Positions 37,385 through 50,839 of a stretch of 64,000 bases of DNA are shown piece by piece; the first letter of the stretch is position 1, and each line of letters opens with the position of its first letter. The notes beneath the pieces are model-generated. The model made no database searches. It had not been told where the DNA came from and worked only from the letters and a program-made list of their open reading frames with translations. Where the stretch lies: NCBI GenBank assembly GCA_964187785.1, contig OZ076416.1:29140001-29204000 (forward strand), written 5' to 3'. This stretch comes from Amphiscolops sp. MND2022. Taxonomy: Eukaryota. The position numbers and the translations under genes were made by a program.

Positions 37385-38097
37385 GAGCAGTTGTAGGTCC
37401 GTAGAGAAATTCTTTTCCGTCTCGCGTACTGCCTGCTCTAGATTTCAATAGTTTTTTTCTTCGGCTGAATTTCGGGGCGCGTATCCCATCTTTACGTATT
37501 GGACACTCTTTACTCCGACGTAACGTGCCCAATTTATCGCCGGTACTTCTAGGACCGATGGGTCTTGGTCCGTCTCGGAGTTTCTTTCACCTTCTTCCAT
37601 CGTAGTCGGTGCTGAAGATGGGCCGGGTCTTTCCCAGAATGGATCTACTGTCCATTGTTCGGAGTGGCTGGTCTACGGTTGGTAGCCTCCTTTGTTCTGT
37701 GGACCGATTTTCTGTCTGAGGTATTTTTGAGGCCAGTTGTTGATAAGTAATTGCAGCCGTTCTTCAATCACTTTTCTCTCGTTGCGAAGGAATTTGGGCT
37801 CGTGGTGAGGTTTCCATCTTCCCCCGGTTATGCGGTAAATCCCGGGTTTGACGATTTCTTTCCACCGGATGGTTAACTTGGTTACTTCGGCGGAATTATA
37901 TTTTGTCTCGATATTTTCTATCGTTTTGACATCCATTGTTAATTTGGTATGCTGAATGTTGTTCACGTTGTTTGAACTTGAGCGTGTGTATGTATCGCTG
38001 TAAAGGCAGTCAATGGCGATTTGTTGACGGGCGTCGTTTGTCCGTGGCTTATTGTTTGCTTTGCGTTCATTTTGCTAGGTAGCGTTTTCTGATTAGT

Positions 38098-39285
38098 TCA
38101 AATGGTTGCTAAGGCGTATTTGGAGATGAAGCTGTAGTGTGGTAGAATGTTGCTGATTACGTATTCTCCGTCGTATGCATCGTCCGCTTGTGGTGGTAAT
38201 ACCGGATTTCTGCTTAGATAGTCCGTAAGTGCTAAGTGTTTGCCAGCTATGTGGTTTACGTTGATTGTGAAATGAGCTAACCGGTCCAACCACCGTGTTA
38301 AGCGTGCGCTATAGGTTTTGTTAGAACGATTTCGTTTAATTAGTGGCTCTAATGCTTGATGATCCGTTAAGAGTTTAATGGGTTCAACGTAAATAAATAG
38401 ACGGAAGTGTTCTAAACCCCACACTACTGCCAAAAATTCGAGTTTGTTTATCCCATATTTTTTTTCTGCATCCGATAAAAAACGACTCGCGAAACCGATA
38501 GGTTTTAAACGTCCATTCGGTTGTTCTTGTCAAAGAGTTGCCCCTAGGCCTTTGGTGCTTGCGTCGGTTGTTATTACGTTTGGATAATCAGAATTATAGT
38601 AGGCCAGACACGGTATTTCCGTGAATTTTTGTTTCAAGTTTTCAAAGGCTAGTGTGTGTTCTTCTGTCCAGATCCAATTGTTGTTCTTTTTCAATAGCTG
38701 TCTCAAACTGTCTGTTTGGGCGGAAAGGTTGTCAATGTATTTTGACAAATACTGAATGGCTCCCAAGAATAATTTTTATTGTTTCTCGTTGTTCGGTTGT
38801 TTTAGTTCTTTCATCGCCAATAGCTTGTCTTGTAATGGTCGGATTCCGACCTGATCAATTCGGTGACCGATCCATTCAATCTCTGTTTTGAAAAATTCGG
38901 ATTTTGTTTCGCTCAATCTATATCCGGCGTTTTCAAGTTTTGTTAGGACGTCGATCAGTTCTCTCATATGTTCTTCTTTGAAACCTTTTGTTTCCACAAT
39001 GATGTCGTCTAACCATGCTGGGTGTTGGTTCTCCAGTGTCTGGTCAATTTTTTCCTGGAAGATGGTCGGAATATCCGCTAACTCGTAAAATCCCTTGAGG
39101 AAACGGTAGTAACTGGTGAAATTTCCTCCGGTCACGGCGAACATGCACAGGTTTCTGGCTGCTCTCGAGAGTATTAGCTGACCGTATGCGTAGTCTAAAA
39201 CGAATTTGGAAATCCATATTTCGTCCGCTTGGCCATCTGCTATTTTTCTCGATCTTCTTGAGATTAATTCCTCCATGTTCGGCAT
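38098..39285 (-). pseudogene. Element B RT/RNase H, frameshifted
   Basis: LDYAYGQL, IPTIFQEKID, WLDD, TDASTKGLGA, AVVWGLEHFR and TDHQAL motifs across three ORFs. Confidence 0.92.
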
Positions 39286-39294
39286 TTGCGCGTT

Positions 39295-41034
39295 TCATTT
39301 CACGGTTATTTCGTTGAGTTTTCTTGAGTCCAATGCAATTTTTACGGACTTATCTTTCTTTACCGTAATAACTGCTGGGCTCACAAAGCAATTCTTGTCG
39401 ATGTTGTTGGCCTTTTCCATATGGCCTCGTTTTATGAGTTTTTCTATTTCTTTTTCCACCGATTGTTGTAAGTGTATCGGTAAGGGTCTTCCTTTCTGCT
39501 GTATCAGTTTCGCGTCTTCTTTCAGTTGTATTTTCACTTCTAGCCCGTTTTCTGTATGGTTTTCGTTGAACAGTTTTTTGAATTTCGTTTTCAATTTCGT
39601 TACATCCGGGTCTTCTTTTATTTGGTGTATTTGTGGAGCGGTTTTACCGGTCTCTAGTGTTATCCCCAGTTTTTCCATCCAATACAGTCCCAGTAGGGGA
39701 TTTGTTTTTTTCGTTGTAATTAGGATATCTAGTTCTTTACGGTTGCGTTGATTTCTACTTTCGCGTTGTTTCCCTTCGAATCGTATCGCGTTGTCTTTTA
39801 CGTCCCTGTATTCCGTTTCCAGAGGGCGTAACGATGTTATTTTGTTGAATTTTGATTTTGACATCAGCGTTACTGGGGAACCGCTATCTATGATGAATTT
39901 GATTGGTCGGTTGTTGACCAATGCGGTGACTGTGAAAAATTCCGGTCCATTGTTATTCGTTGGCCGGGTTGAATGTATCTTTTGTTTCACTGAATGGATT
40001 GTGTTTGGTGTCCAGTCATCTTCACCGGCACTGGTTGTTTCGCCTTCCATTAATTGGTTCACTTTTTCATTTGAGCGGCAGCATTTGCCAAAGTGGCCAA
40101 TTTTACCATACTTTGCGCAATTCTTTCCTCTGGACATTCGTGTTGACGTCACCAGTTCGGTGCTCCGCGACGGTTGCAGCCAATTTTCTTGAATTTTGCC
40201 GGTTTTTCTAGTTGTTCCTTTGTAGCTTTCGTTTTTTGTTTATTTACGTACCGGATTTTCTTTTCTTCTTCTGTTTCAGGTGAGTCGTTCAATTTTTCAT
40301 ACTTGTATTCATGTATTGCGTCAGTTGTGGCTTCCACAGACATGTCACTTTTTCAGATTTTCTTTTTAAAATCACAATCACCGGTTGATTTACCGATAAG
40401 TGACAAAAGTTTTGATGCTAAGAGTTTTGCTGCGGTAATTGTTTCGAACTCGCAGTTCTTTTCTACATCCAGTATCCGTTTCCATACATCTGCTGCAGTT
40501 TCGCCGTCTTCCCGTTTCGAGTCAAAGAAATCGGCTCTGCTGTGGTGTACGTTTCTTTCTGGTGTGAAGTGTAGTCTGAAAAGTGTGTAGAGTTTGTATA
40601 GTGGTAGTGAGCTCGGTTCTCTTTCCCTGACCGTCTTTGTCATTTCCGTGATAGCTTTTTGTCCGATTGCCCAGATAAAAATGTCTTTTATATCTGTTTC
40701 GAGTTGATCACGGTATTGTGGTAAGATCTCTTTACTGTTTGTCATAATTGACAAGTCTATTTCCTTCGTCATCTTTATGTATTGGACGATTTTTCTCCAC
40801 CACATACTTGCATTGGCTTGATCTTGCTTTTCTAGCGTGGGAATGGTGAGCTTTTGCGTGCAGGTCCGGTCAACCGTCCTGTTCATTGTCTCGTTCGGTA
40901 GTACTTGTCCACCTTGCTGCGTTCTCGTTGACATCTGTGTGCTTTCTCCGTATCTCGTATTTTCTTCCATAATGAATGGTGTCTGTTGTTTTTGGTGGTT
41001 CGTGTATAGCTTCGAGGCTATTCTGACTGTGCCA
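39295..41034 (-). pseudogene. Element B gag/protease, frameshifted
   Basis: Gag MWWRK...FIWAIG...HFTPERN, degenerate knuckle CAKYGKIGHFGKCC, protease IIDSGSPVT. Confidence 0.9.
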
Positions 41035-41749
41035 TGTTGTATTCTAGCTCATTGATATCAAAGAGATGCTTTCATATAAACTCAACTGTATTCTAGCTTA
41101 TTACCAATTCTCTATGATGGGATATCATCTGCACTAAAGTGGCAGGTATTTGATAAAAGAGCATCATAGGTTGGTTTATAATAAGTACAAATGATAGACA
41201 ATACGGTAGAATAATTATATAAATTGTATAACTTTATAAATATATAAATTGAATAATTATATAATAATATAAATTATATAAATATTCTCTTCAATCCAGT
41301 ATTTAATCATCATTTGTATTTAGTCTTTAGACTTTGGGTCAGTTTTTGTGTAAAAAAATTTGAATCTTCATTTACGTCGTCTTCATCCAGCAACAGTCAA
41401 GTAAATGGAATCCAAGTCCCATTACTCATTTCCTACAGCAACTTCTGCCCGCATCCAGAAATAGCGACGTCTTGTCTCAACTCTCCAACTTTCATCGCTG
41501 ACTCATTCAACAATGTCTTCATCAGCCGTGATCAAACATGCCAGTGGACTTCATGTTTCTTTTTTCAATTTTATTTCAATATTGAACTAGTTTGAAGCTT
41601 GATCAGGGCTCTCATTTCATTCACGTACTTCCTGTCCAAAACCCAAGTGTTCACTTGAGTACAAAGTTATCTACTTCCGGAAGATTTTCATTGCGGTATT
41701 GGATTCATGTTCCGGAGGTTCCCGCTTGATTTTATTTCTCTCTGCTTAG

Positions 41750-44700
41750 ACATGTCGTCTGAACAGCCAATTGATGAAACTCTTCTACAGCCTGCTGACA
41801 CCACCACTACAGCTCAGGCTTTGTCAGACGACCAGAACGTTGATAATCCCCAAACAATCAGTGAAGGTGGATTAGAGCAACCTCCAGGACTGCGCCCTTC
41901 GTCCAACTTGTCCTCCAGCAGCGGTAACACAGAATAAATTCTCTCGGCGTTTGCAAACCAGACTTTGCGCACCTTGGCTGCCTTAGACCCTAGCCTAGAC
42001 ATCACCTTGTCGTCTGCGCCTGACCAGACTTTACAACAAGGCGGGACCGAGCTGGCCCCTGATAAGGTCGACACAGAACAACAGGAACCTCCAGGCAATT
42101 CGACACGAGCTCTGCCAATTGGGCGCAAGAGCAAAAAAAGAATTACTTCGAAACTGATGCAAGCGAAATAGAAAATCTGTATGACAGCGCTGGCGCAGAC
42201 GGTCTGGCAGAAAGGCCTACCTCCAGTATTGTGAACTCTGATCTTTTTCAGCTCCAGGAGAAGACCGAGAGACGGTCAGTCAGGGTGTCAGCAAGCCCCA
42301 AGGACTTCATCAAAACAGCGAGCCAAAACTCACTGCACACTTTTCTGCCAACGGTCGGATCATACTTCGTAAACACTTCACTGCGACTGCCCATATTGAG
42401 CTTCCAAGAGGGCACACCACGGTTGAGTTCAGTGAACCTCAGATTCACGCAGTGCTTAAGACCATTTCGGACGAGACAGCAAAGTCGTCAATACATGCTA
42501 TTCGTTCGCTAGTCCTACAGGCAGTTTATGGGGGAAAAGGACAATCCGCTGCACAGTTTAGAAAGGCACTAATTTGAGGAGATACCCCTGTTAGACGTAA
42601 GTCTATTCTGTAAGTCGCATTCTGGGCATACCACGATTTCTAGTCCGGGTTACAGTGAGGGTGACTACAAACTCTTATGCACCATTTGTCTTCAGGTCAA
42701 AAATCAGTAGGCCATCTTTAGCCCACCACGGAAGAAACGGAAGCTACTAAGCCGGGCAAAGTTATTAAGCCTGTATATTTCCAAGGAATCCAGTGGACTA
42801 AACTGTTTGTTACTGGCCCGCAAAACCCCGTCCATAACAAATACAAATTCTACTGCCAAATATGCAAGACGAATGTATCCATTTACTCTAAAGGAGCCCG
42901 TGAGATCGTCCGTCACTATCAGTAAGAAAGTCATCTAAGAAAGAATCAACGATGGCGATACGAGCATTTGGGTAAGCTCAACAAAATCACAGGAATCACA
43001 GTCCACGCCGTTAGAGGGAAGGACGGATATGTACTCTCCGCGTTCGAGCTGGAAAAGGAGAAGCCCTTGTTTGAGTTTGCTCCCCTAGATATTGGCCCAC
43101 GCTTTCCTTTCTACGATGACTACATGGCGAGTGCAGGTGGACTAACAAGCTCTGAAGACGTTCGTTTAGAAACTTAGATCTCTCTGGTTGGAAGATCTCT
43201 CCTATATTTTGGCAACCTCGCTATACTGAGAGGACTTTGGGCCGAGGTGGGCAATATCACCGACCACCAGGACATGTTTGGAGATCTTGACTGGAGCTCT
43301 ACCACAATAACGGTACGTATGTGGCCTTACGCTTTCTTTTTCTTTCTTTTTGGGGTGTCCATTAGGATAGCTTAGACGTGGTTATATGATAGTCGACTCG
43401 ACATTCGCATGATTTTAAGTGGTCTGGGCTGTTTCAGGCCATCCTCCATCATGTCTTCTTGCGTGGCATGGAAGGCGTGGCGCAGTCAGTCAACGAGTCG
43501 GAGTTGTACTCCATTGAGTTCGAGCCACAAGGTGGCTTAGAAGTAGCATCCTTGCGTTATTGGAAATTGGATCGCCTCGTGAAAATCCAACTTTACCGGT
43601 ACAGCTTGACCTCTGTTCCTGCTCGAAATTAGTTGCTTGTGGTAGCCCGACTCTTATCTTTTCTATCGACTGCACCCCAAATCATCTGCATGTCAGGCTG
43701 CACTTCTGACGTCCTCTAAACAGTTGAGCAATCTGCTTTGTTGAAGCAGGGCATCCGAGTACCCTTTCCGCTATCAGGTACTGTCGTTGCAGAAACTGAT
43801 GCATGAACGAGAAGGAAGCGTATTTGAGCGGATAGGTCTTCATACGCAGCTCAAGTACCTGCTGGCTTATGTAGCCAATAGTCTTCACGAACCCTGGATG
43901 GCCAAAGCTCCAGAACTCGCCAAAGTAAGACTCGTTTTCCAGCGTTAGAGTATGGTTACATCTTGTACACCAGTTCCATACCATTGTTTTTTCTAGGCTA
44001 CTGTCAATTGTATTTTGCGACTTCGGTCCATCCCCGTCATATGCTATGAAATGATCACAAGCTGGCAGATCTTCTTGGACCACATTACAAGGATTGCGCC
44101 TAGTTACGAGATGCTAGGTGTCAAAAACAAGGTTTTAGGTTGTTCCATTGACTACTTTAATTATCGACCAGTTCTTTATGGCCTGAACACCATTAGCAAA
44201 CCCTGTATTCTTTTAGCCTCAGAGTCTGGAATGGCAAATCATCAGTGATGAATTCTTCCCGATCAAGCTGGAATTTTATGGAGGAATCGTGTACGATTGC
44301 AAGTATCTCCTGTTTCAGTCCTTACGGTTGGGGTTAGGGGTTTCCTTGGTGTCCCATCTCGCCTAAAAGCCCATAGGTCAAGTTCCTTTATTGTCGATTT
44401 TTCGTTGTTTGGACAATGTTTGTTTCGAAAGGAGCCTAGTAGGCAACCGAGACTCTGGATTCTTCATCTTTTGCCAGCTGAATAGTTCCATTCGAAAACT
44501 CTGCTACCGGTCTCTTTTTCCGAAGCACCTTCCTATAGAGACGGACTGGACACAGTTACCCGTGCTTCGCACCGCCGAGCTTCGTCAATTGTCTTCGAGG
44601 GATTTCCTCACCCGATTGAGGCTGAAATTGGATCATGATCTAGCTGCTACAGATAAAGTGAATCGAGACAACAGCGACCGTGAGGGTCCAATTCCCAATA

Positions 44701-45200
44701 TGGCCGAATTAGTCGAGAACGCAAAAGAAACGTTTAATGCCAAGGCAAGAGGCTACATCGTTTTCTTGCTTGAAAACTTCCTAAATCACATCAGTCTGAA
44801 TGCCAACATCGTGAGGGGATGGCTTGTTTCGATCCCCACATACTCTTGTGTCTTCCAATGGAGCGAGCTCCATTTTGCTTTGCAGCTCTATATCAGAGAT
44901 TCAGTCACCGAGACTGGTTGGAGGGATCTCCTCACGACGACTATCGTGACGAATATCTGGAATTTGTGATGCTTTTTCGTCAAAGCTACCATTCCCTGAA
45001 AAATTCGCCGGATGCGTTTCTCGACATGGTGGATCTATTGTCTGCAATGCCTGAGCTCCGTAATCGACCCCATCTCTAGCGACTGTTTCGACTACGTTGC
45101 ATGTGTCTCGCAGAGAACACCCCTCTGCTTCCTCCCATACGATTCCATGCAAGTCGAGTAGATAGAAAGGTGAATGCGGCCAAATGGAAGACTAAGAAAC
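41750..45200 (+). pseudogene. Decayed zinc-finger DNA transposase-like gene (hAT-like), with at least one GT-AG intron
   Basis: C2H2 BED/TTF-like finger FYCQICKTNVSIYSKGAREIVRHYQ*ESH at 42845-42935. Candidate intron ~43314-43437. C-terminal helical region with ACFDP and L..LF.L.C.CL. Many stops and frameshifts. Confidence 0.5.
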
Positions 45201-45689
45201 CTTGATATCAAATGTGGAAGAAGTGGATCCCAAACCGATCTACATGGAAGAAGATAGCGTAGAGTTTCCCAGAGATAACGCGCTTGTCGTTGATGGGAGT
45301 AGATTCAACGCTGAAAAGAGAAGCACACTATATCCAGTCTAGACTAATCACATCAATGGAGAATTCTCTGTGAAAAAAAAAGATTACCAGTGACCAAACC
45401 AAAAAAAAGCCGAATTCGAATTCGTGATGAATCTGAAGGGCCTAATATCAACAACTGCAATTGACTCGCAACTAACCATGAGTTTAAGCCAGCATGCTCC
45501 GGGAGGACGGCAAAACAGCTCCAGATGGCTGTCATCTGGTAATCAAAAAGCTGTCAATAGGGTGCAGCCTTGTTTTCGTCGATAACCAGATCTTAATGCA
45601 TTCAACTTGAGAAGACGCGTGTTGATTTTCTACATTTTGGTCACGCCGCTACGATGAAGGTGATAGTCGAGGAAAAGACGTTTCGGTGT

Positions 45690-46130
45690 CTGGAAATGAT
45701 TACGGATACCGAAATCAAAATGCCAGACTGCCCAACATGATTGAAGGGCCCAAATACTCAAAAACCTTCAAACAATCCGAATCGAAATTTCAACTGACCC
45801 GAATCGAAATTCCAACCGACCCCGTCCAAACTGTTCAAGTTGATTTTATCGGAAAACTTCATAATAGCCACAACAGCAAATTGAACGGGATGGACAATCA
45901 CTGACTGCAGTGGACTGATTCGGGAAAGGGCGGACGTTAAACATTTGCAAAAAGTTGGACAGAAGTGAAAAATTTCTTGACAATTAGTTTCCATTTATAA
46001 GAATACCGAAATACATCAAGTCGGACAAAAGGAGGGACTTCAATTTGAAAATTCGAATTATAGAGGTTGAATACTGCCTATCATTCTGGTAATACCAGTT
46101 AAATAACAACATGGAATCCACGAATGCTTT
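45690..46130 (+). pseudogene. Gypsy integrase fragment
   Basis: IPTDPVQTVQVDFIGKL followed by an I.SD.G-like remnant. Confidence 0.6.
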
Positions 46131-47388
46131 AAGATTGTAATGGATCGCATTGAACTGAACTAGGTAAAGTTACGCTTTTGGGTTTACAATAACGTTCTAA
46201 AATAACGCGAATGCATTGCTTGAAACAGCACAAATTAAATCCAAGTATTTTTACAATGGTATAGATCTTGAATTTTGTTAGCTACAACAGTTTTTTATAG
46301 TTTGAAGTTCGCTGTTCTAACCAATGGTTTTTTCCAAGCCACTGTGTTCGCGTTAGTTCTATCAAATGTTACCAAAACGGCAATTCTAAAAAATATTTGA
46401 ATTTCAATTTTCGAATGCTACTAAAACATGCCCCAAAACCAAAGTTTTAGCTTTCTCCAATTTGAATAATCTCCTGAATTATTCATATAATGAATGAGTA
46501 AAAGTATTTCACTTTTTGAAAAAGACTGTTTTTACTGTTTCCATGACTAATTTAGACGCAATAATTCACTTATTTGCGCGCCGGGTACGCTAGTTATATA
46601 TTGTTCGGATTTGTTTGAAATTGGCTGGAGAAAGCAAATTCGTATCATTTCCCATTCAACCTTCACTCCTGAGTTTGAAAGAAAAATATGAATTACAGGC
46701 GATTTAGACCAATCTCATTAGATGGGTTCAAATTAAGCGAATCCTAAAAAATTAGAAAGTTGAACACTCGGATGGTTTTCAAATCGCCATATTATTGATT
46801 ATATTGAAAAAAATGGACACTTGAATACATATATATTGTAGAGATGGATCTCGCTTTCTTTACGATAGTAACACAGCCTTGTGAATGATTCTTGTCGCCT
46901 CTTTTCAACATGTTCATTTCAATTTGGTGGTACCAGTTAAAGTTTAATTAGTTTTGAAATGAAAATCCTAACACATTTACATTATAATATGGGAGAATTT
47001 TCTGGCCAAAATGTTGGAAAAAAGTTTCATGTAGGTTTTTTGAACGATCTCAGGAAAAAGCGACAGTGAACATTTTTTTGATACCGACTTGAAAAGCATC
47101 GTTTTAACCAGATAATTTTTCAAAGATTTTCTTGCGTTCATTTTTTAATATTACACACTTACGGGATGACTTTTTGCTATACATTAACTGCCTACGCTGA
47201 TTCTACATTTTAGCATAAATTCACAGTAGCGGAAACGACAAACCACCCAATTCACGAAACATTTTCTGTTCCACTTAGAGGAGTTTTGGATAAGAATGGT
47301 CTTCTCGCAGTTTCGGCAGAAACGAAATATCATTTCTAGCTAATGTCAATAATCGTTCGAGTTTTGGAGACAGTTTTTGACCAGCAAA

Positions 47389-47682
47389 TTATTCTTCCGT
47401 TTTATCTTCTTCAGGCTGGTTTTGTGATTCCACCGATTCTGCGAAACTAACTCGTCGATCTGTGTTTGTTTTTGGTGGTTTCTGAGAATCCTCCTTTTCT
47501 TCTGGTTTCTGCAATGTGAAAGCATCGCCACCAAGAAGCACTGCCAATTCGTTCACGTGGCCAACTTTCTCCTCCAAATCAGGCTCCGAGTAGTTCGGGG
47601 CTTCTCCCAGAGGCTGCAGGAATATTAGCAGAAAGCTGTCTTTGCATAGATTCTTCACATCCTCCGAGTGTTGAGCCAGGAG
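47389..47682 (-). CDS. Last exon of armadillo-repeat protein gene
   Basis: LLAQHSEDVKNLCKDSFLLIFLQPL completes an ARM repeat when joined in phase 0 to ...DAVHCMK (50671). Acidic tail and TAA. The acceptor TGTAAAG is weak. Confidence 0.65.
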   Translation of the reverse strand, partial: LLAQHSEDVKNLCKDSFLLIFLQPLGEAPNYSEPDLEEKVGHVNELAVLLGGDAFTLQKPEEKEDSQKPPKTNTDRRVSFAESVESQNQPEEDKTEE

Positions 47683-48247
47683 CTTTACAAATGCATTTCA
47701 TTCACGTTTAGATTGTATTTGGATTTGGATTTGTTGCAAAAAATTGTTTTAAATGAAGTTTCAAAAGCTTGACCCAATTTCTTAGTTGGGTCTATAGTTG
47801 AGAAACAGAATTTTTCTATGAAGGTAAAAAAGAAAAGGCAGTTAAAATTAGAAGTGGAATTTCGAATTTTCAAACGACTTTTTACTAACTTTAAAGTCGG
47901 GGACAAAGACCATGAATGCAAAGAATTTAGTTTCGATGACTTTCATTTCGGAGTTGGTTTTTCTTTCTTAGTTGCTTGCTCCCTCTTTGTACCTCTGAAC
48001 TTCTGTTGCGATAATTTGTTTCAAGGGCCTAGTAGAAGCTTCAGTGTGCGACAGAGCATGAAAAGATGGACAAAAAAGTCAACATGACACGTGGGCAACA
48101 AGCAGAACAGAAATACGTGGATCTTAAGCGCAAGCTTGGAGAAAGAGCTGAGTCTTATGATGTAAATCCGACAACGGGAATTTTGCAGAACTACATAACA
48201 TTTCGCTCTAAAAAACCAAGCCATGTGGCAAAATTGAAATGTCAAGA

Positions 48248-49063
48248 ATGCCCATGTTGAGCTTTCCTTGAGAATCTGTAAAGATCTGTGAGCCAATTTT
48301 CCTTGAGGATCTGTAAAGATCGTGCCACTGCTACGTAAGGACAACTGCAGATCTGCAAGGATCTTTACAGATGTTCAAAGATTTTCTGTACAGATTTCTC
48401 AGGAAATTTTTTCAAAACCTTATAGTGAAACTATGCATTTCATTTTTTAGCTTCTTCTGTAGATATTTTTGCTGACCAAGGCTCAGTCAGTTGAAACTCT
48501 CCATCATTCAAAATTCTTGAGCAGGAAATCTTGTCCCCATCACGGTAATTTTGGTGTCTGGGGAATGTTCGGTGTTGGTTATACACTGTAATTTATCCAT
48601 TTCACTTGAACTTTCCAGAAGTGGTTTTTCAACTTTGAGAGGCTCGTTTGCGATATTGACTTCGTTTTGAAGGAAGAAATTTGACATATGACAATTTTCT
48701 GGGTTGGTAGAGATGTTGATAGAGTGCTGTGGTTGTAATATTTCGGAAACATGGTTTGCTGGAGTAGTTTCAGTAATTGCCGGAAACTCGGAATACGTTA
48801 TAGTAATTTATTGGTATGGTTAATTTTTAACAAATCCTGGAATATCTGCAAGGATCTGTACAGATCTGTACAGATTCGCACAGAAATTTTCTTAAAACTT
48901 CAAATAAGACGTGTGTTTTTTTTTGGTAGAGCACTTTTTAACCAGCTAATTTCTTTTTCGAAAACTGAAATTATGACTATTCAATTTTCGAACAATCCTG
49001 AAAACGCTGTCAGGATCTGTGCAGATCTGTACAGATTCGCAGGGAGTGCTCAACATGGGTGGT
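48248..49063. mobile_element. MITE with ~40-bp imperfect TIRs and 10-bp TSD (Mutator-like)
   Basis: TIR CCCATGTTGAGC...GAATCTGTA(A/C)AGATCTG at both ends. AATGTCAAGA is duplicated at 48238-48247 and 49064-49073. Subterminal GATCTGTACA repeats. Confidence 0.8.
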
Positions 49064-49616
49064 AATGTCAAGAGATGATATATAACTTGAAACCACCAGT
49101 TGACAATTTTGGAGCCTTTTGGAAAAAGACAATAACAAAAAAGAATATAACGTTTCCAAAGAGGAAAACTGCATTATATCCTAAAAAGAAAGATCATAAA
49201 AAGGCAGCAGAAGAACTTTGATTGAAAGCAAACTGGCGCGCATCCGAAAAAGGAAAAATGTGAGGACTCCATTCTCATATTTATTTTTGCATGCGAAGTA
49301 TTTACTCTGCCGATTGTACCGGCGACTCGATCAATGTTCATGTTGATGCATCGAAATGCACAACGGCAAGCCATGCCATGTTGGTACAACGATGGGTGTA
49401 TGGGTCAACCATCATTCAATTCCTCTAAACGGAACGATGTTACTCAAGTGAGACTAATCCGATTTCACATCAGCGTCCGAGAAACCGCCCTAGCTTTGGT
49501 GGAATATGGTAGAATGAAAATCGAACTACAACTACGGTCTTACACGTTTTCGATGTTGGTCACACGCACCTACAAAATTCGTTCTATTTTTGGATAAAAA
49601 GTTGACGTAGATACCG

Positions 49617-49937
49617 TCAAGCGGAGAAACGTCGAACACAAGCTATGAAGCCAGGCGTTGATTTTTTAAATTTATAATTTCCTGAATAAATGTTTTCGAA
49701 GCGACACGAATGATCAATGAAGTAAGTTTTTTTCAGTTTCGTTAAGTATTTGACTATTTTGAGTTGAAAAGAACAGGGAAATTCTACTCCTCCATGAGTG
49801 AATGATCGAATAGGGTTAACTCGCTCCAAAAGTAAGTCGCCCATGACGAATGGTCGTTTCGTTTCGCGAAATTGAATACAATTTACACAATAATGAGAAT
49901 TTTTGTCATTTTCAGCAATTTTATCCAAGTAAACCAA
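49617..49937 (-). pseudogene. BEL/Pao integrase fragment
   Basis: CVNC..FR......MGDLLLERVNPIRSFTHGGVE...STPGFIACVRRFSA matches the Pao MGDLP.ERV.P.RPF...GVD and ST..F...LRRF motifs. Confidence 0.75.
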
Positions 49938-50670
49938 GTAAAAGACAACTGAGTTCGGTAGCAGAGAATAAGTCTAGAAAATTCTGGTGAAGGTTTTTTT
50001 ATTTATCGATGAACGTGAGCAAACGTACGTTTTAGTCGTAAAGGTTTGAAAAAAAAACATTTGAAAATTACTAATAACTAATGATTAGGATTTTTCAGCG
50101 AATTGTTCTTTTTGTCTCCTAAAGTGCTCTCAAAATGAAATAGTAGCTTTTCACCGTAGCAATTTTTCACCGATGAGACACAATTTACCACTCGAGGCCC
50201 CACCAGCCGGTTTTAGTTTGGAGGGAACGTGATTCCTTAGTTTCACTCGGAAATTTTCCTTAAATTTTTGTGATCCAGTTTCGGACAAATGTTGACAATC
50301 GTGTAAGCGTAGTATTGATCCAACTGAGTGCTACAGTTCCGTCGTACCATGCGAAACCATGAGGTATTTTAAAAAATTAAAGATAGTGTTGCAAGAACGA
50401 ACGAATCAAGGAGATCTGCGCAAAGCTCAAGTCTGACTGAGTACGACAACTAATTTTGATCGATGCGACACATGTTTTTGAGCGAAGTTTCTCTGAATGG
50501 TAACCTTTAGCTTTTTAGAAACAATATATACAACCCAAGCTAGAGCGGATTCCTGCTTACAATCTGCAGCAAAAAATGAGCAATTCCACTATTTTCATAC
50601 TTTGACTTTTCAATTGGAACCCTAGATATCTTTTTTGTGCGCTAATGAATGAAATGAGAGAGATGATTGC

Positions 50671-50839
50671 CTTCATGCAATGCACTGCATCCAGCTTGAC
50701 CCCGTCGTCATCACTGAAGTCGTTCTGGATGTACTCCACGAGGTCACTCTGGAAGCCCTTCTCCACACATTCGTCACGTGACTTCTCTGCCCGGCTCAAC
50801 AGATTGCTCAGAGTCCACAATCCGTACCGTCTGTCGTGT
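50671..50839 (-). CDS. ARM-repeat gene exon
   Basis: (R)HDRRYGLWTLSNLLSRAEKSRDECVEKG...DAVHCMK. Acceptor TTCAACAG is phase-2 compatible with 53192. The donor is AAG|GCAATC (GC). Confidence 0.78.

Larger units (their letters stand above)
35181..41293 (-). mobile_element. Full-length Ty3/Gypsy LTR retrotransposon B (multiply frameshifted)
   Basis: LTRs at 35181-35387 and 41035-41293 (TGTTG...CTTCA). 5-bp TSD ATCCA. PBS TGGCACAGTCAG. PPT GAGAGGGGGAA. Domain order is gag-PR-RT-RH-IN. Confidence 0.96.

Noticed and set aside
20375-40590. Long plus-strand ORFs such as 20433-20981, 23190-23684, 35667-36233 and 39206-39751
   Set aside because: Antisense shadows of the retrotransposon pol/gag ORFs; no independent motifs.
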